The notes below the pieces were generated by a model. That model saw only the letters and a program-made list of their open reading frames with translations, was not told the DNA's origin and ran no database searches. A stretch of 64,000 nt of DNA. It comes from Antedon mediterranea. Lineage: Eukaryota; Animalia; Echinodermata. The stretch is from the NCBI RefSeq assembly GCF_964355755.1, contig NC_092678.1, positions 11,096,352-11,160,351 of the forward strand. Direction: 5' to 3'. Position numbers and translations under genes: made by a program. Below are positions 27,455-39,930 of this stretch, in pieces (position 1 is the stretch's first letter; every line of letters begins with the position of its first letter).

Positions 27455-30277
27455 CCATAATATAGTCTTACACAGCTGGTTTTAACCACGCAATGGGGCC
27501 TGGGCATAGCCTATTATAAGCTAGCATAGGAAAAAATCCAGCCAGGCAATATGAATACGATCCTTGTTAAAACATTCAAGGATAACTAAAGTATCCAACT
27601 AAATCAAAGAATTCAACAGAAAAAATTATTTTTAAACTGATATGGAAAACAACATTTATACCTACTTTTTAAATGTATCGCTTGAGAAAAAAACTGGCGT
27701 TGGGTGTACAATTTTCAATTACATTACCTCTTAAAATCCACGTGATAAAACGACGACAACATGTTTTTCACCTTCATCCAGGGTTGTTCTAATGAATATT
27801 CATTATTTTTCTGACTTTCGCGGTCTTTATTTGTTTTTATTGGCTATTAAAAAACAGTCGTTTTATGCTTGATTGCTTCCGGGTTTCCTCATGTGGTTTG
27901 TATACAATATGTTTTCGGAATCGCTACTCCATAAAACGCTATGAAACGTTGGGGGAACTGCACTTAATTCATATTTCTGGAACAGCTGTGTGTAGCATTC
28001 ATGTTTTTAATCATATAAAATTTGAATAAAATTAATCGAACCATTTTTAAGGTCAGTAGAGGTCAAAAGGTCACTGACCTTTTGCAAAATTGCAAATATT
28101 TGCCATAATGAGATACATTTCAATATCAAATCTCCAATTTTCAATATTTTTTATTTTAATTGTGTTTTACTTGTGTTAAGTGACATATTGAATAACAAAA
28201 TATGTGTTAACATGAAAAAAATTGCACTGCATTAATACCAATTGTCATGTAATTTTGTTATTCTTCAAAATTACAATAAAAAGACATTTTTGGGGTAGGG
28301 GGTAACAATTATCCCAATAACCCAAGAATCCAACACCTAATTAGTATTATCTTGGTACCATTGTGTAGCATACATCTTTTAAAATCTTATAAAATTTAAA
28401 TAAATTAATCGGACTATTAGTAGGGTCAGTAGAGGTCAAAAGGTCATTGACCTTTTACAAAAATAGACATTTTTGCCAAAATATAGATAAATTTCAACAT
28501 AGTATCTATAATTTTCAATATGTTTTATCTTAATTGTGTTTTACTTGTGCTTACTGACATATTGAATAAGAAAATATATGTTAACAAGATTAAAATTGCA
28601 GTTCATTATACAGAAATTATCATTTTTTATTCTTAAAAATTCCAATAAAAATACATTTTTTGGGGTAGGGTGTAACATTAATAGCAATAACCCAAGAATC
28701 AAACATCTAATTAGTATGATCTTGGAGTCGTTGTGTAGCATTCGTGTTTTTTAATCATATAGAATTTTAATAAAATTAATCGAACCATGTTTAAGGTCAG
28801 TAGAGGTCAAAAAGGTCACTGACCTTTTGCAAAATTGCAAATATTTGCTATAATGAGATACATTTCAATATCAAATCTCCAATTTTTTCAATACTTTTTA
28901 TTTTAATTGTGTTTTACTTGTGTTTACTGACATATTGAATAGCAAAATATGTGTTAACATGAAAAAAATTGCACTGCTTTAATACCAATTGTCATGTAAT
29001 TTTTTTATTCTTCAAAATTACAATAAAAAGACATTTTTGGGGTATGGGGTAACAATTATCCCAATAACCCAAGAATCCAACACCTAATTAGTATTATCTT
29101 GGTACCATTGTGTAGCATACATCTTTTAAAATCTTATAAAATTTAAATAAAATTTATCGGACTATTAGTAGGGTCAGTAGAGGTCAAAAGGTCATTGACC
29201 TTTTACAAAAATGCACATTTTTGCCAAAATATAGATAAATTTCAACATAGTATCTATAATTTTCAATATGTTTTATCTTAATTGTGTTTTATTTGTGCTT
29301 ACTGACATATTGAATAAGAAAATATATGTTAACAAGATTAAAATTGCAGTTCATTATACACAAATTATCATTTTTTATTCTTAAAAATTGTAATAAAAAT
29401 ACATTTGGTGTAACATTAATAGCAATAACTCAAGAATCAAACATCTAATTAGTATGATCTTGGTGTCGTTGTGTAGCATTCGTGTTTTTTAACCATATAG
29501 AACTTTAATAAAATTAATCGAACCATGTTTAAGGTCAGTAGAGGTCAAAAAGGTCACTGACCTTTTGCAAAATTGCAAATATTTGCCATAATGAGATATA
29601 TATATATATATGTGAACTTTATTCAATCAATCGTACATTTGTAATAATGGTAACCACAATAAGGTATAATATTACAGTAGTTTTTTACACAAAAAAAACA
29701 AGACCAATATAAATATAAATTATAAATATATACAATGATTATTTACAGTAATGATAAAAATAAAAATTAATTGTTTATATTGACGATTATTGGAAACAGA
29801 AGTTGAATAATAAAAAACTGGAAAGTTTAGTTAGAGGTTTACAATCAATGGAAAAGATGAAAACATATAATATTGGAAGTATTAAAAGTAGCATTGTTTA
29901 GGGAGATTACTGTATATTGGCAACGGCCTACAGTTGAACATGGTTTTAAGCAAAAGTTATATATTGATTGATTGAATCGGGCATCACTATAAGCAAAGCT
30001 TTAAAATGTGATGTCCTATGTAAGAATTAAAAATTGGAAAAATTAAATAAATAAATAAATTACAATAAAAACAATAACAATTAGTAAATATATATGTAAA
30101 CAATAGAGACAATAAGCAATAATCATAAATGACAGTTGAATAAAAAAAAATATATATATATATATTATTATACATGTAATAACAATTTCAAAAATATGAC
30201 CAGAATAGATCATTCATAAAAAAAAGAAAAAAAGAAATCGATAATGAAAAATATTTTGTTCATAATACGTTGTGATT

Positions 30278-32753
30278 TTAGGTATTAGAATATTTTTTGA
30301 GGAGATTAGTATGAATTGTTTTTTTAAATAGTCCTATACTCTTGATTTTTCTTACTGAGTTTTCAAGGCTATTCCATATCTTGGCACCCCTATAGCATAT
30401 ACTTTGTTGTCCTATTTTGGTTCTTTTTAGTACAGTGGTATAGTTTTTTTTATTCCTGGTATCATAATTATGTGTTGATTCAATTGTTTGAAAGTAAGTG
30501 TCAAACGTAATTGGGAGCTGTTTATTATAAAATTGGAAGAGTAGTATTGCCATATGTTTTTCATAAAGATCGAATATATTTAATGTGTTGGTTTGTATAA
30601 ATAGCGGTTGGGAAGGATGTTGATAGTGGTTTTTTCTGGAGGATGTGAAGTCGGTTTAATTTACTTGGTCCAAAGGAGCCCCATACTACTATTGCATACG
30701 TTAAATGGGGAAGGATTATAGATTTATAAATTTGCAATAGAGTCATATATGGTAAAAAATACTTTAATTTATTCAGAATTCCTATTATCTTTGAAACTTT
30801 GTTTGCAATGCCATCAATATGGGTACAGAAGGACAAAAATTTGTCTAAGGTAACTCCTAAGAATTTGATATGGGTTACCTCTTCGAGTGTGGTGTTATTT
30901 ACGTATATATGCATGTCTGTGAAGTCGGTTAAATTCTGGCGCCCTCTAAAGATTATATATTTAGTTTTATTTGTATTAATTGAGAGTTTGTTAGCTCTAA
31001 ACCAAGTGGTTAGTCGTTGTAATTCGCAGTTTAGTATATTACATGCAACTATGGGGTCATTATGTTTGAGGAATATGTTTGTATCGTCCGCGAATATGAT
31101 AAGTTCGACAACTTTGCTTACACAAAATATGTCATTTATAAATAACAAAAATAGCAATGGGCCAATGATAGATCCCTGTGGAACACCAACTTTTACTTCT
31201 CTTTTTATTGATTTGTGTGATTCAATAGTAACATACTGAGTTCTGTGGTTTAGGTAACTCCTGAACCAGTCTAACACAATACCACGTATGCCATAGCATT
31301 CCATTTTATTGATTAGAATTCTATGATCGATCGTATCGAAAGCTTTCGACAGATCTAGGAAAACACCTATAATGAATGAGTTGTTATCAATTTCTGATGT
31401 TATTTTTTCTAGTGTGTGTAGTAGAGCATGTGCAGTTGAATGTTTTTGTCGGAATCCATATTGAGATTGATTTATTATGTTGTATTTATTAAGGTATGAA
31501 ATGGTTTGGTCGTAGACAACTCTTTCATATATTTTATAAAGACATGGTAAGATTGATATGGGTCGATAATTATTAAGGTTTTGCCTATCGCCACTTTTAA
31601 AAACAGGTATAGTTTTGGCACATTTTAGTTCATCAGGGAATCGGCCAGTGGCGAGTGAAACGTTTATTAAGTGTGAAATAGGTTTTGTAAGGTAGACGGA
31701 ATTGTACTTGATATAGTGAGCACTGATATCATCGTGACCTGGTGTTTTATCTGTTTCTAATTTATTAATGTATGTCATTATTTCGTATTCTGTTGTGGGT
31801 CTGAAATACATAGAATTAAGGTAGTTACCAGTCAAATATGACGTTGGATCAATGGCAGGGTTGTTATCATGGTTAATTTTGTCAGCTAATTGTTTCCCAA
31901 TATTAATAAAGTAAGAATTGAATGCATCGGATTTTGTTTCTGGGTTAGTGTATGTCTCTGTCCCATGTTTTAGGTTTGATGGCAGTTTGGATTTTGTCTT
32001 CCTACCTAAAAGTTGATTAATGGCATTCCACGTTTCTTTCATATTATTTTTATTTTTTTCAAATTTATTAAAATAGTATTCCTTTTTTCGTTTTCTAATA
32101 ATATTGGTAAGTACGTTTCTATAGTTTGTATATTTAGATTTATTTATGTTTGTCGGTCTACGTTTGTATTTGCTATATAATTTGTTTCTAGTAACAATTG
32201 ACTTAGCAATTGATTCCGTTATCCAAGGAGATTGAAGTTTATTAGCTTTGAGTTTTATCTTGTTTATTGGAAAGCATATATTAACTAATGATTGCAGAGT
32301 TGTGGAAAAATGTTGATATGCTTTGTTTGCGTCATTTGATTCTAGGACATCCTGCCATTGTTGATTTGCAAGTTCATGCTTAAAATGATCAATGTTGTAC
32401 TGTTTGTTTTCGCGTTTATAACAGTATTCGTTGTTATGATAATGGTGAGTTTCGGATGTGTTTATGCAGAATATTGGAAGGTGGTCGGATATATCCGAAT
32501 ATATGATACCAGTGTTTATGTTATTTGTTAGATGGGAATTGTAGAGAATATTATCTATTATGGAAGCAGAGTTTTCTGTTATTCTTGTGGGCTTATTAAT
32601 AAGAAAAATGAAGGACTGGGACTGGATATTGTCAAGGTGGGATTCGATGTTTTTGTCTCTCATGTGTTGGCTAATGTCTAAGTTCATATCACCAGTAATG
32701 TATGCTAGCTTATTTTCTTTGTTAATCATCTGCATGACTACCCACCCACCCAT
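30278..32753 (-). pseudogene. LINE ORF2 (partial APE endonuclease + reverse transcriptase)
   Basis: APE C-terminal motifs GDMN, PTR, IDNI, SDHLPI; RT motifs NYRPISIL, DLSKAFD, GVPQGSIIGP, FADD. The APE N-terminal half is missing, and a frameshifting deletion lies near 30630. Confidence 0.92.
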
Positions 32754-33136
32754 ATCGTTCCAATTTTATCCCATTCTTAATCCAAATCATAATACTTAAT
32801 AGTGAGTGAATGAAAGCAATAGGGAGTCGTGTGTTGTGTTAAGCAATTGAGTTTTTCACTACTTGATTCAAAAACAATAGGCAAAGTATGTGACACGCAA
32901 CACAGCAACAGATTACGTAACATGGTATTTAAGTCAGTGTGCCAATTCTTTCACCTGTTAATGTTTAGGTTATGTAAACACATAATCGCGATCGTGTTGA
33001 TGTTTCAATTCCGTACAGTTTGAATTCTCCTAGTGGATACAATAAGTGGTACCCATTTTCTGCATATGGTTTAATGCAGGCAGGATATAGTCACAAATTG
33101 AATTCAATTAAAAACAAACGAACGAAAATAAAGAAG

Positions 33137-33892
33137 TTATGTATACATTTTACCGTTAATGTAAAGGTTGCCATTTCTGAAGACAGTCTTTTTACCTTCT
33201 TCATACGCTTTCTTCATAACTTCTCGCAGGCCTCGCTTTTTGATAATATCTGCTACTGGCATATCTTCTAGTACAAACATCTCGGAATTTTTCATTATCG
33301 ACTTAGCTCTTCTGAGTACTTCAAATCTCTGTGGTCGATATATAAATTTAACAATGATATGTCTTGGCTTACCACTTATTGTTGATGGTTTTCATGTGCG
33401 ATGAGCCGTTTCAATGACGATGTCGTTTAGGTTGAGTGTTTTATTTAGTAATTCCTTAATCTTTTTTGTTGCATTTTCGTTTGGTTCCTCAGTTATCCCA
33501 CCAAATCTCAGGTTAAAACTCCTTGAATACCGTTCAAGATTCAGAATATCATTTTGTATACTGGTAATTTTTTTCTTTTCTGTTTCAAGTGTTCTTGAAT
33601 CTTTCATTTCGCTATCATACGTTGTTACTTTCTTTTCAAGATCGTTGATTGAATCGGAGGTAAAAGTAATGGATTTCTCCATATCTAATTGTTTTGCCTC
33701 CATTGAGTCAATTCTATTCATAATTGAGGTTTGATTTTTAAGTACGGAGTCTAGTTTTGTTTGCATTTCAGTTGTTAGCGTTTTAATCTCCCGCCTTAAT
33801 AACTGGATTTCGCTGGTTTCTTCGGTGGGTGTCGCCTGGGTCGTTGAGGTGTCCGGAGGGGTACGTTCAGTTTGGTCCTTTTTTCTGACCAT
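33137..33892 (-). pseudogene. LINE ORF1 (coiled coil + L1-type RRM/CTD)
   Basis: LERYSRSFNLRFGGI...IETAHR, frameshift near 33392, then PRHIIVKF...EDMP...LYINGKMYT*. Confidence 0.85.
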
Positions 33893-36629
33893 TTTCTTAG
33901 TTTTAGATCAAAAGACGATGACAGCATTAACCAATTTGTAATACTCACTTATTTAGCACAGTTGTCTTATGGCTATTTTTGGCAAAACCTTACTTTATTT
34001 TTAATGAAGACGGAGCACTGGTTATACGGTTGCTAACTCATGATGCGCCCTCAAGCTAGATACTGCATTAATACCAATTGTCATGTAATTTTTTTATTCT
34101 TCAAAATTACAATAAAAAGACATTTTTGGGGTATGGGGTAACAATTAATGCTACCCCCTACCCCAAAAATGTCTTTTTATTGTAATTTTGAAGAATAACA
34201 AAATTACATGACAATTGGTATTAATGCAGTGCAATTTTTTTCATGTTAACACACATTTTGTTATTCAATGTCAGTAAACACAAGTAAAACACAATTAAAA
34301 TGAAAAGTATTGAAAAAATTGGAGATTTGATATTGAAATGTATCTCATTATGGCAAATATTTGCAATTTTGCAAAAGGTCAGTGACCTTTTTGACCTCTA
34401 CTCACCTTAAACATGGTTCAATTAATTTTATTAAAATTCTATATGGTTAAAAAACACGAATGCTACACAACGACACCAAGATCATACTAATTAGATGTTT
34501 GATTCTTGGGTTATTGCTATTAATGTTACACCCTACCCCAAAAAATGTATTTTTATTACAATTTTTAAGAATAAAAAATGATAATTTGTGTATAATGAAC
34601 TGCAATTTTAATCTTGTTAACATATATTTTCTTATTCAATATGTTAGTAAGCACAAGTAAAACACAATTAAGATAAAACATATTGAAAATTATAGATACT
34701 ATGTTGAAATTTATCTATATTTTGGCAAAAATGTGCATTTTTGTAAAAGGTCAATGACTTTTTGACCTCTACTGACCCTACTAATAGTCCGATTAATTTT
34801 ATTTAAATTTTATAAGATTTTAAAAGATGTATTCTACACAATGGTACCAAGATAATACTAATTAGGTGTTGGATTCTTGGGTTATTGGGATAATTGTTAC
34901 CCCCTACCCCAAAAATGTCTTTTTATTGTAATTTTGAAGAATAACAAAATTACATGACAATTGGTATTAATGCAGTGCAATTTTTTTCATGTTAACACAT
35001 ATTTTGTTATTCAATATGTCACTAAACACAATTAAAACACAATTGAAATGAAAAGTATTGAAAAAATTGGAGATTAGATATTGAAATGTATCTCATTATA
35101 GCAAATATTTGCAATTTTGCAAAAGGTCAGTGACCTTTTTGACCTCTACTGACCTTAAAAATGGTTCGATTAATTTTATTAAAATTCTATATGATTAAAA
35201 AACACGAATGCTACACAACGACACCAAGATCATACTAATTAGATGTTTGATTCTTGGGTTATTGCTATTAATGTTACACCCTACCCCAAAAAATGTATTT
35301 TTATTGCAATTTTTAAGAATAAAAAATGATAATTTGTGTATAATGAACTGCAATTTTAATCTTGTTAACATATATTTTCTTATTCAATATGTCAGTAAGC
35401 ACAAGTAAAACACAATTAAGATAAAACAAATTGAAAATTATAGATACTATGTTGAAATTTATCTATATTTTGGCAAAAATTTGCATTTTTGTAAAAGGTC
35501 AATGACCTTTTGACCTCTACTGACCCTACTAATAGTCCGATTAATTTTATTTAATGACCTCTACTGACCCTACTAATAGTCCGATTAATTTTATTTAAAT
35601 TTTATAAGATTTTAAAAGATGTATGCTACACAATGGTACCAAGAATACTAATTAGGTGTTGGATTCTTGGGTTATTGGGATAATTGTTACCCCCTACCCA
35701 AAAAATTTCTTTTTGTTGTAATTTTGAAGAATAACAAAATTACATGACAATTGGTATTAATGCAGTGCAATTTTTGTCATGTTAACACATATTTTGTTAT
35801 TCAATGTGTCACTAAACACAAGTAAAACACAATTAAAATAAAAAATATTGAAAATTGGAGATTTGATATTGAAATGTATCTCATTATGGCAAATATTTGC
35901 AATTTTGCAAAAGGTCAGTGACCTTTTGACCTCTACTGACCTTAAAATTGGTTCGATTAATTTTATTCAAATTTTATATGATTAAAAAACATGAATGCTA
36001 CACAACGACACCAAGATCATACTAATTAGATGTTTGATTCTTGGGTTATTGCTATTATTGTTACCCCCTACCCCAAAAAATGTATTTTTATTGCAATTTT
36101 TAACAATAAAAAATAACAATTTGTATATAATGAACTGCAATTTTTATCTTGTTAACATATATTTTCTTATTCAATATGTCAGTAAGCACAAGTAAAACAC
36201 AATTAAGATAAAAAATATTGAAAATTGTAGATACGATATTGAAATTTATCTATATTTTGGGGAAAATTTGCATTTTGCAAAAGGTCAATGACCTTTTGAC
36301 CTCTACTGACCTTAATAATCTTCCGATTAATTTTATTTAAATTTTAAAAGATTTAAAAAAATGTATGCTACACAATGTTACTAAGATAATACTAATTAGA
36401 TGTTGGATTCTTGGGTTATTAGGATAAATGTTACCCCCTACCCCAAAAAATATTTGAAGATAAAACACTGATGATCATTACAAATGACGCAAGTACATAC
36501 AATGCATCCCTATATTTTTCTTGTTAACATCGATTTTTTCACTCTATATGTCCGTGGGAAGAAAATGATACCAAAGAAGTTTAACTGTGGGGGGTGCACG
36601 GTAACCCCCCTCCAGCCCATGGAATAATA

Positions 36630-36857
36630 AGCTTTGTATTAATTAAACAAAATAGTAGTAGCCATTATACAATAAAGGATCTCTTATATTAAAGGATAAT
36701 TATAATCACATTTTTGTAACTTTAAACCAATATATTACAGTACTTTGTTATTCGTTTTGCTAATAATAATAATACCTTTTATTATAGCAACCTGTTTCTA
36801 TGAATAAAGTTTGATTCAAGTAACTTGTTTTCGTGATTCGTAATTCCTGCCTGTACA
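36630..36857 (+). repeat. BEL 5' LTR, part 2
   Basis: Matches 48744-48968; ends CCTGCCTGTACA. Confidence 0.95.
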
Positions 36858-36889
36858 TCTTGCGTGAATTTGCATCATTCGAATCAAGA

Positions 36890-37220
36890 ATGTCGTCCAT
36901 TAGAAGTAAGAGTAGTAGTGGAAGCAGTGCAAGGTCATTCAGAATCAGTGCAGCTGAGGCAAGAGCAGACCTGGAAGTTGCAAAGGCTAGAGAGTCGATA
37001 GCAAAGAAGAAGAGAGAAGCAGCTGCTGAATTGGAAAGGTTAGAACTGCAAGGTGAAGTCGAAATAGGAGAAGTGAGACTAAGAGTGCTTGAAAATGAAT
37101 TAGAACAAATAGAAGAAGAAGATAAAGAAGATATATCAAGCTTCCAAAAATGTTCGGAAAATGTATCGGATTGGGTCAATAAGTATGTTAATCCCAGTGT
37201 AGGTCTTAAAGATGAAGTAG
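36890..37220 (+). pseudogene. BEL gag N-terminus
   Basis: MSSIRSKSSSGSSARS followed by an Ala/Glu-rich coiled coil; interrupted by the LINE at 37221. Confidence 0.8.
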
Positions 37221-39596
37221 TTTTTTTTTTCTCTTTTGTGGCGCAAACACCACTTTTATTCACATTCATATTATCTCATATTACATAAAATCAGTACAGT
37301 ACAGTATTATTTAACTTGTAAATGTCGTTACAGTTCATAAGTAACATTTTTACATATATGAATTCTGTATTACTCCTTTTTTCATTAATTTTCTTATATT
37401 TTGTTATACACTTGACAGGATCATCATTATCATCTATCCCGTTTTAAAATAGTTCACACATTTTCATTTGTTTGTTTTTATTTTACAACCCGGATTATAC
37501 AATATATTTATATACATGATAAAAAAAAAACAATAATAGCTCAGTACCACCAGTAACCCGTATCCATGTAATTCTTTTTCTGTTAATCGTATCAAATTAG
37601 AAATTATATTATCATAATCGTATTTTTTAAAGCTACCCATTTTTCTATACTTGTTTCTTTATTGTTATATGTTTCACATTCAATGTTATATAACATATTG
37701 CTTTTAAATGAATTCCATAAAGATTTACCCACTGGCTTATTTAGTGCAGATAACATTTTTATTCTATAAATAGTAAATGCTGCAAAAGTGTAAATATAAT
37801 CTATTAGCTTATCTCCCGTTCCTAGTATTAATTGTTTAAATGATATATTATTGTGATTTAAACTTACAAAGATACTAAGCATTTTCCTCCAATATTTCTG
37901 AATAAATCTACAACTAAAAAACAAATGATTTTCATTTTCAATTTCTCCACATTTGTCACACGTTTGTGTTTCCTTAACTTTCCACTGATACAGCCGTTTG
38001 TTGGTAGGCAGTATTCTATGTAACATCTTATAATTGAATTGTGCTAGTTTCTTATCTTTCATTTTACATACTTTCCGTAACCAAGAAGTTTTCCAATCAA
38101 TGTTGTTATCATTGAAGTACTCTTCCCATTTTAGTTGTGACATTGGAATAATGAAATATTCTTTCACAAACCATGAGTATATTAGTTTGGTAGGAGTAAT
38201 CTCATACTTGGTCCCAACTAATTCATCATTATCATCACAATTGAAAATATCTACCTCCTTAATAATACGTTTCCATTGAATTGGTATTGCCTTAATAATG
38301 CACAAATACTCATTTAACCAGTTTGTTTTACATTGTAGTTTCACCAGTATTTCGTTTGATGTTAAAAAAGCGTTCTTATTAACAATGTCTTTAATACTGA
38401 TAATGCCACTGTCAATCCAATGCTTGTAGAAAAGCGATTTTTTTTTTAGTTTAACGTAGTGGTTTCCCCACAGTTGCTCATTCATTATATCGTTTCAGGG
38501 TTTTTTTTAGAGATTCTGTTATAATTTATGTTGGCTTTTATCATATTTTTGTAAAACAGTGGAATTTTATCAGAATTAACATCAATAATGTTATAACATG
38601 ACATATTAAGTAAAACATTAACATCACATATTTTTTTAATATAATACATTGGAATATTTTTCCATTTAGCACCATCATCATTCATAATTCTTTTTAACCA
38701 GCCACACATGAGTGCGTTAACATGAAGAGTAAAATCAGGCATTTTAATGCCTCCCATCTCAACTTCACCAATTAGAGTTTTTCTTTTTATCTTTTCCCTT
38801 TTATTGTTCCAAATAAAATTATATATTAGATTTGTAACTTTTGTATATACATATTTTGGAACATCAGTGATATTTGCAGCATATGTTAATTTAGATAGTG
38901 CAAGACTTTTCAGGATTAGTATTCTACCAAAAATTGAGAGATTTCTAGCATTCCATTGTTTTAAAGTCTTTTCTAGCTCTATTAATTTAACATCCCAGTT
39001 TTTTCTGGTACATTCTTCTGTATTATACCCTACATATATGCCTACAATTTTGATCGAGTGTTTTACCCAATTTAATTCTAAAGGTCTATCTATTCTGTTC
39101 TTCCATTTACCAATCCAAAAAGCATTCTTTTTTTTTTTATTTAGTGTCATTCCAGATACTTCACAAAAACGTTCAATTACACTGACTGCTGACTTAATAC
39201 TTTTGTCATTACCAACATACAAAACAGTATCATCTGCTAATTGGCTTATTCTAGCTTCTATGTTATTTTCATTATTTGGAAGTTTAATACCCTTATAGTC
39301 ATCTTTGTTTCTTATTCTAGATGCCATTACTTCAACCACTAAAATGAATAACAGAGCAGATAGAGGACAACCTTGTCTAATACCTCTTTCCATTTTAAAA
39401 TTGTTTGAAACCCAACCATTGTTAACTGTGACACATTCAACGTTATTGTATAATACTTTTACCCAGTTACAAAAGAACATTCCAAAGTTAAACTTTTCTA
39501 GAACATTGAACATAAAATCTCTACCAATAGAGTCAAAAGCCTTCTTAAAATCTACGGTAATTATTGCCCCTTCGATATCATTACACTCTGTATAGT
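37221..39596 (-). mobile_element. 5'-truncated L1/Tx1-clade LINE (RT + C-terminal zinc finger)
   Basis: DFKKAFD, GIRQGCPLS, QLADD, CDKC...HLFFSC; frameshift near 38490; poly(A) tail at 37221-37230; TSD ATGAAGTAG(TT) at 37212 and 39597. Confidence 0.92.
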
Positions 39597-39930
39597 ATGA
39601 AGTAGTTAATGAAATAGTTAACACATTTGATAATGAAGTTGTTAACGAAATAGTTAATGAAGTTGATAATGAAGTAGTTAACGAAATAGTTAACACATTT
39701 GATAATAAAGTAGTTAATGAAGTTGATAATGAAGTAGTTAATGAAATAGTTAACACATTTGATAATGAAGTAGTTAACGAAATAGTTAATGAAGTTGATA
39801 ATGAAGTAGTTAACGAAATAGTTAATGAAGTTGATAATGAAGTAGTTAATGAAATAGTTAACACATTTGATAATGAAGTAGTTAACGAAATAGTTAATGA
39901 AGTTGATAATGAAGTAGTTAATGAAGTTGT
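39597..39930 (+). repeat. Coding 12-bp minisatellite within gag
   Basis: Units AATGAAGTAGTT / AACGAAATAGTT / AACACATTTGAT / AATGAAGTTGAT encode NEVV / NEIV / NTFD / NEVD in frame with gag. Confidence 0.9.

Larger units (their letters stand above)
21926..27990 (+). mobile_element. Chapaev (CMC) transposon, deletion derivative (element 1)
   Basis: Ends CACAGCTGTT...AACAGCTGTG; 4-bp TSD TGTA (21922-21925 and 27991-27994); contains transposase exon remnants. Confidence 0.88.
29599..34057 (-). mobile_element. CR1/L2-group LINE, near full length, degenerate
   Basis: ORF1 plus APE-RT ORF2 on the minus strand; AATAAA followed by an (AT)n 3' tail near 29600-29625; candidate TSD AGATA (29594-29598 and 34058-34062). 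Confidence 0.9.
21282..36626. mobile_element. Large foldback DNA element (Academ-like, non-autonomous) inserted in the 5' LTR
   Basis: Inverted termini TAGTCCATGGCCTGGAGGGG... and ...CCCCTCCAGCCCATGGAATA. 3-bp TSD ATA (21279-21281 and 36627-36629); the empty site is visible in the 3' LTR. Arms are built from ~372-bp alternating units and invert at about 34150. The superfamily call rests only on the TAG end, 3-bp TSD and long TIRs. Confidence 0.7.

Noticed and set aside
34460-36195. Repeated 66-aa ORFs (MLHNDTK...) as a small gene family
   Set aside because: Chance frames in the foldback repeat unit; the same applies to 28541-28741 and 21807-21998.
39597-39864. Thr/Ser-rich N-terminus (MLTISLTTSLS...) of the 459-aa ORF as a novel RT fusion
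   Set aside because: It is the antisense reading of the gag minisatellite, lying beyond the LINE's 5' truncation point and TSD.
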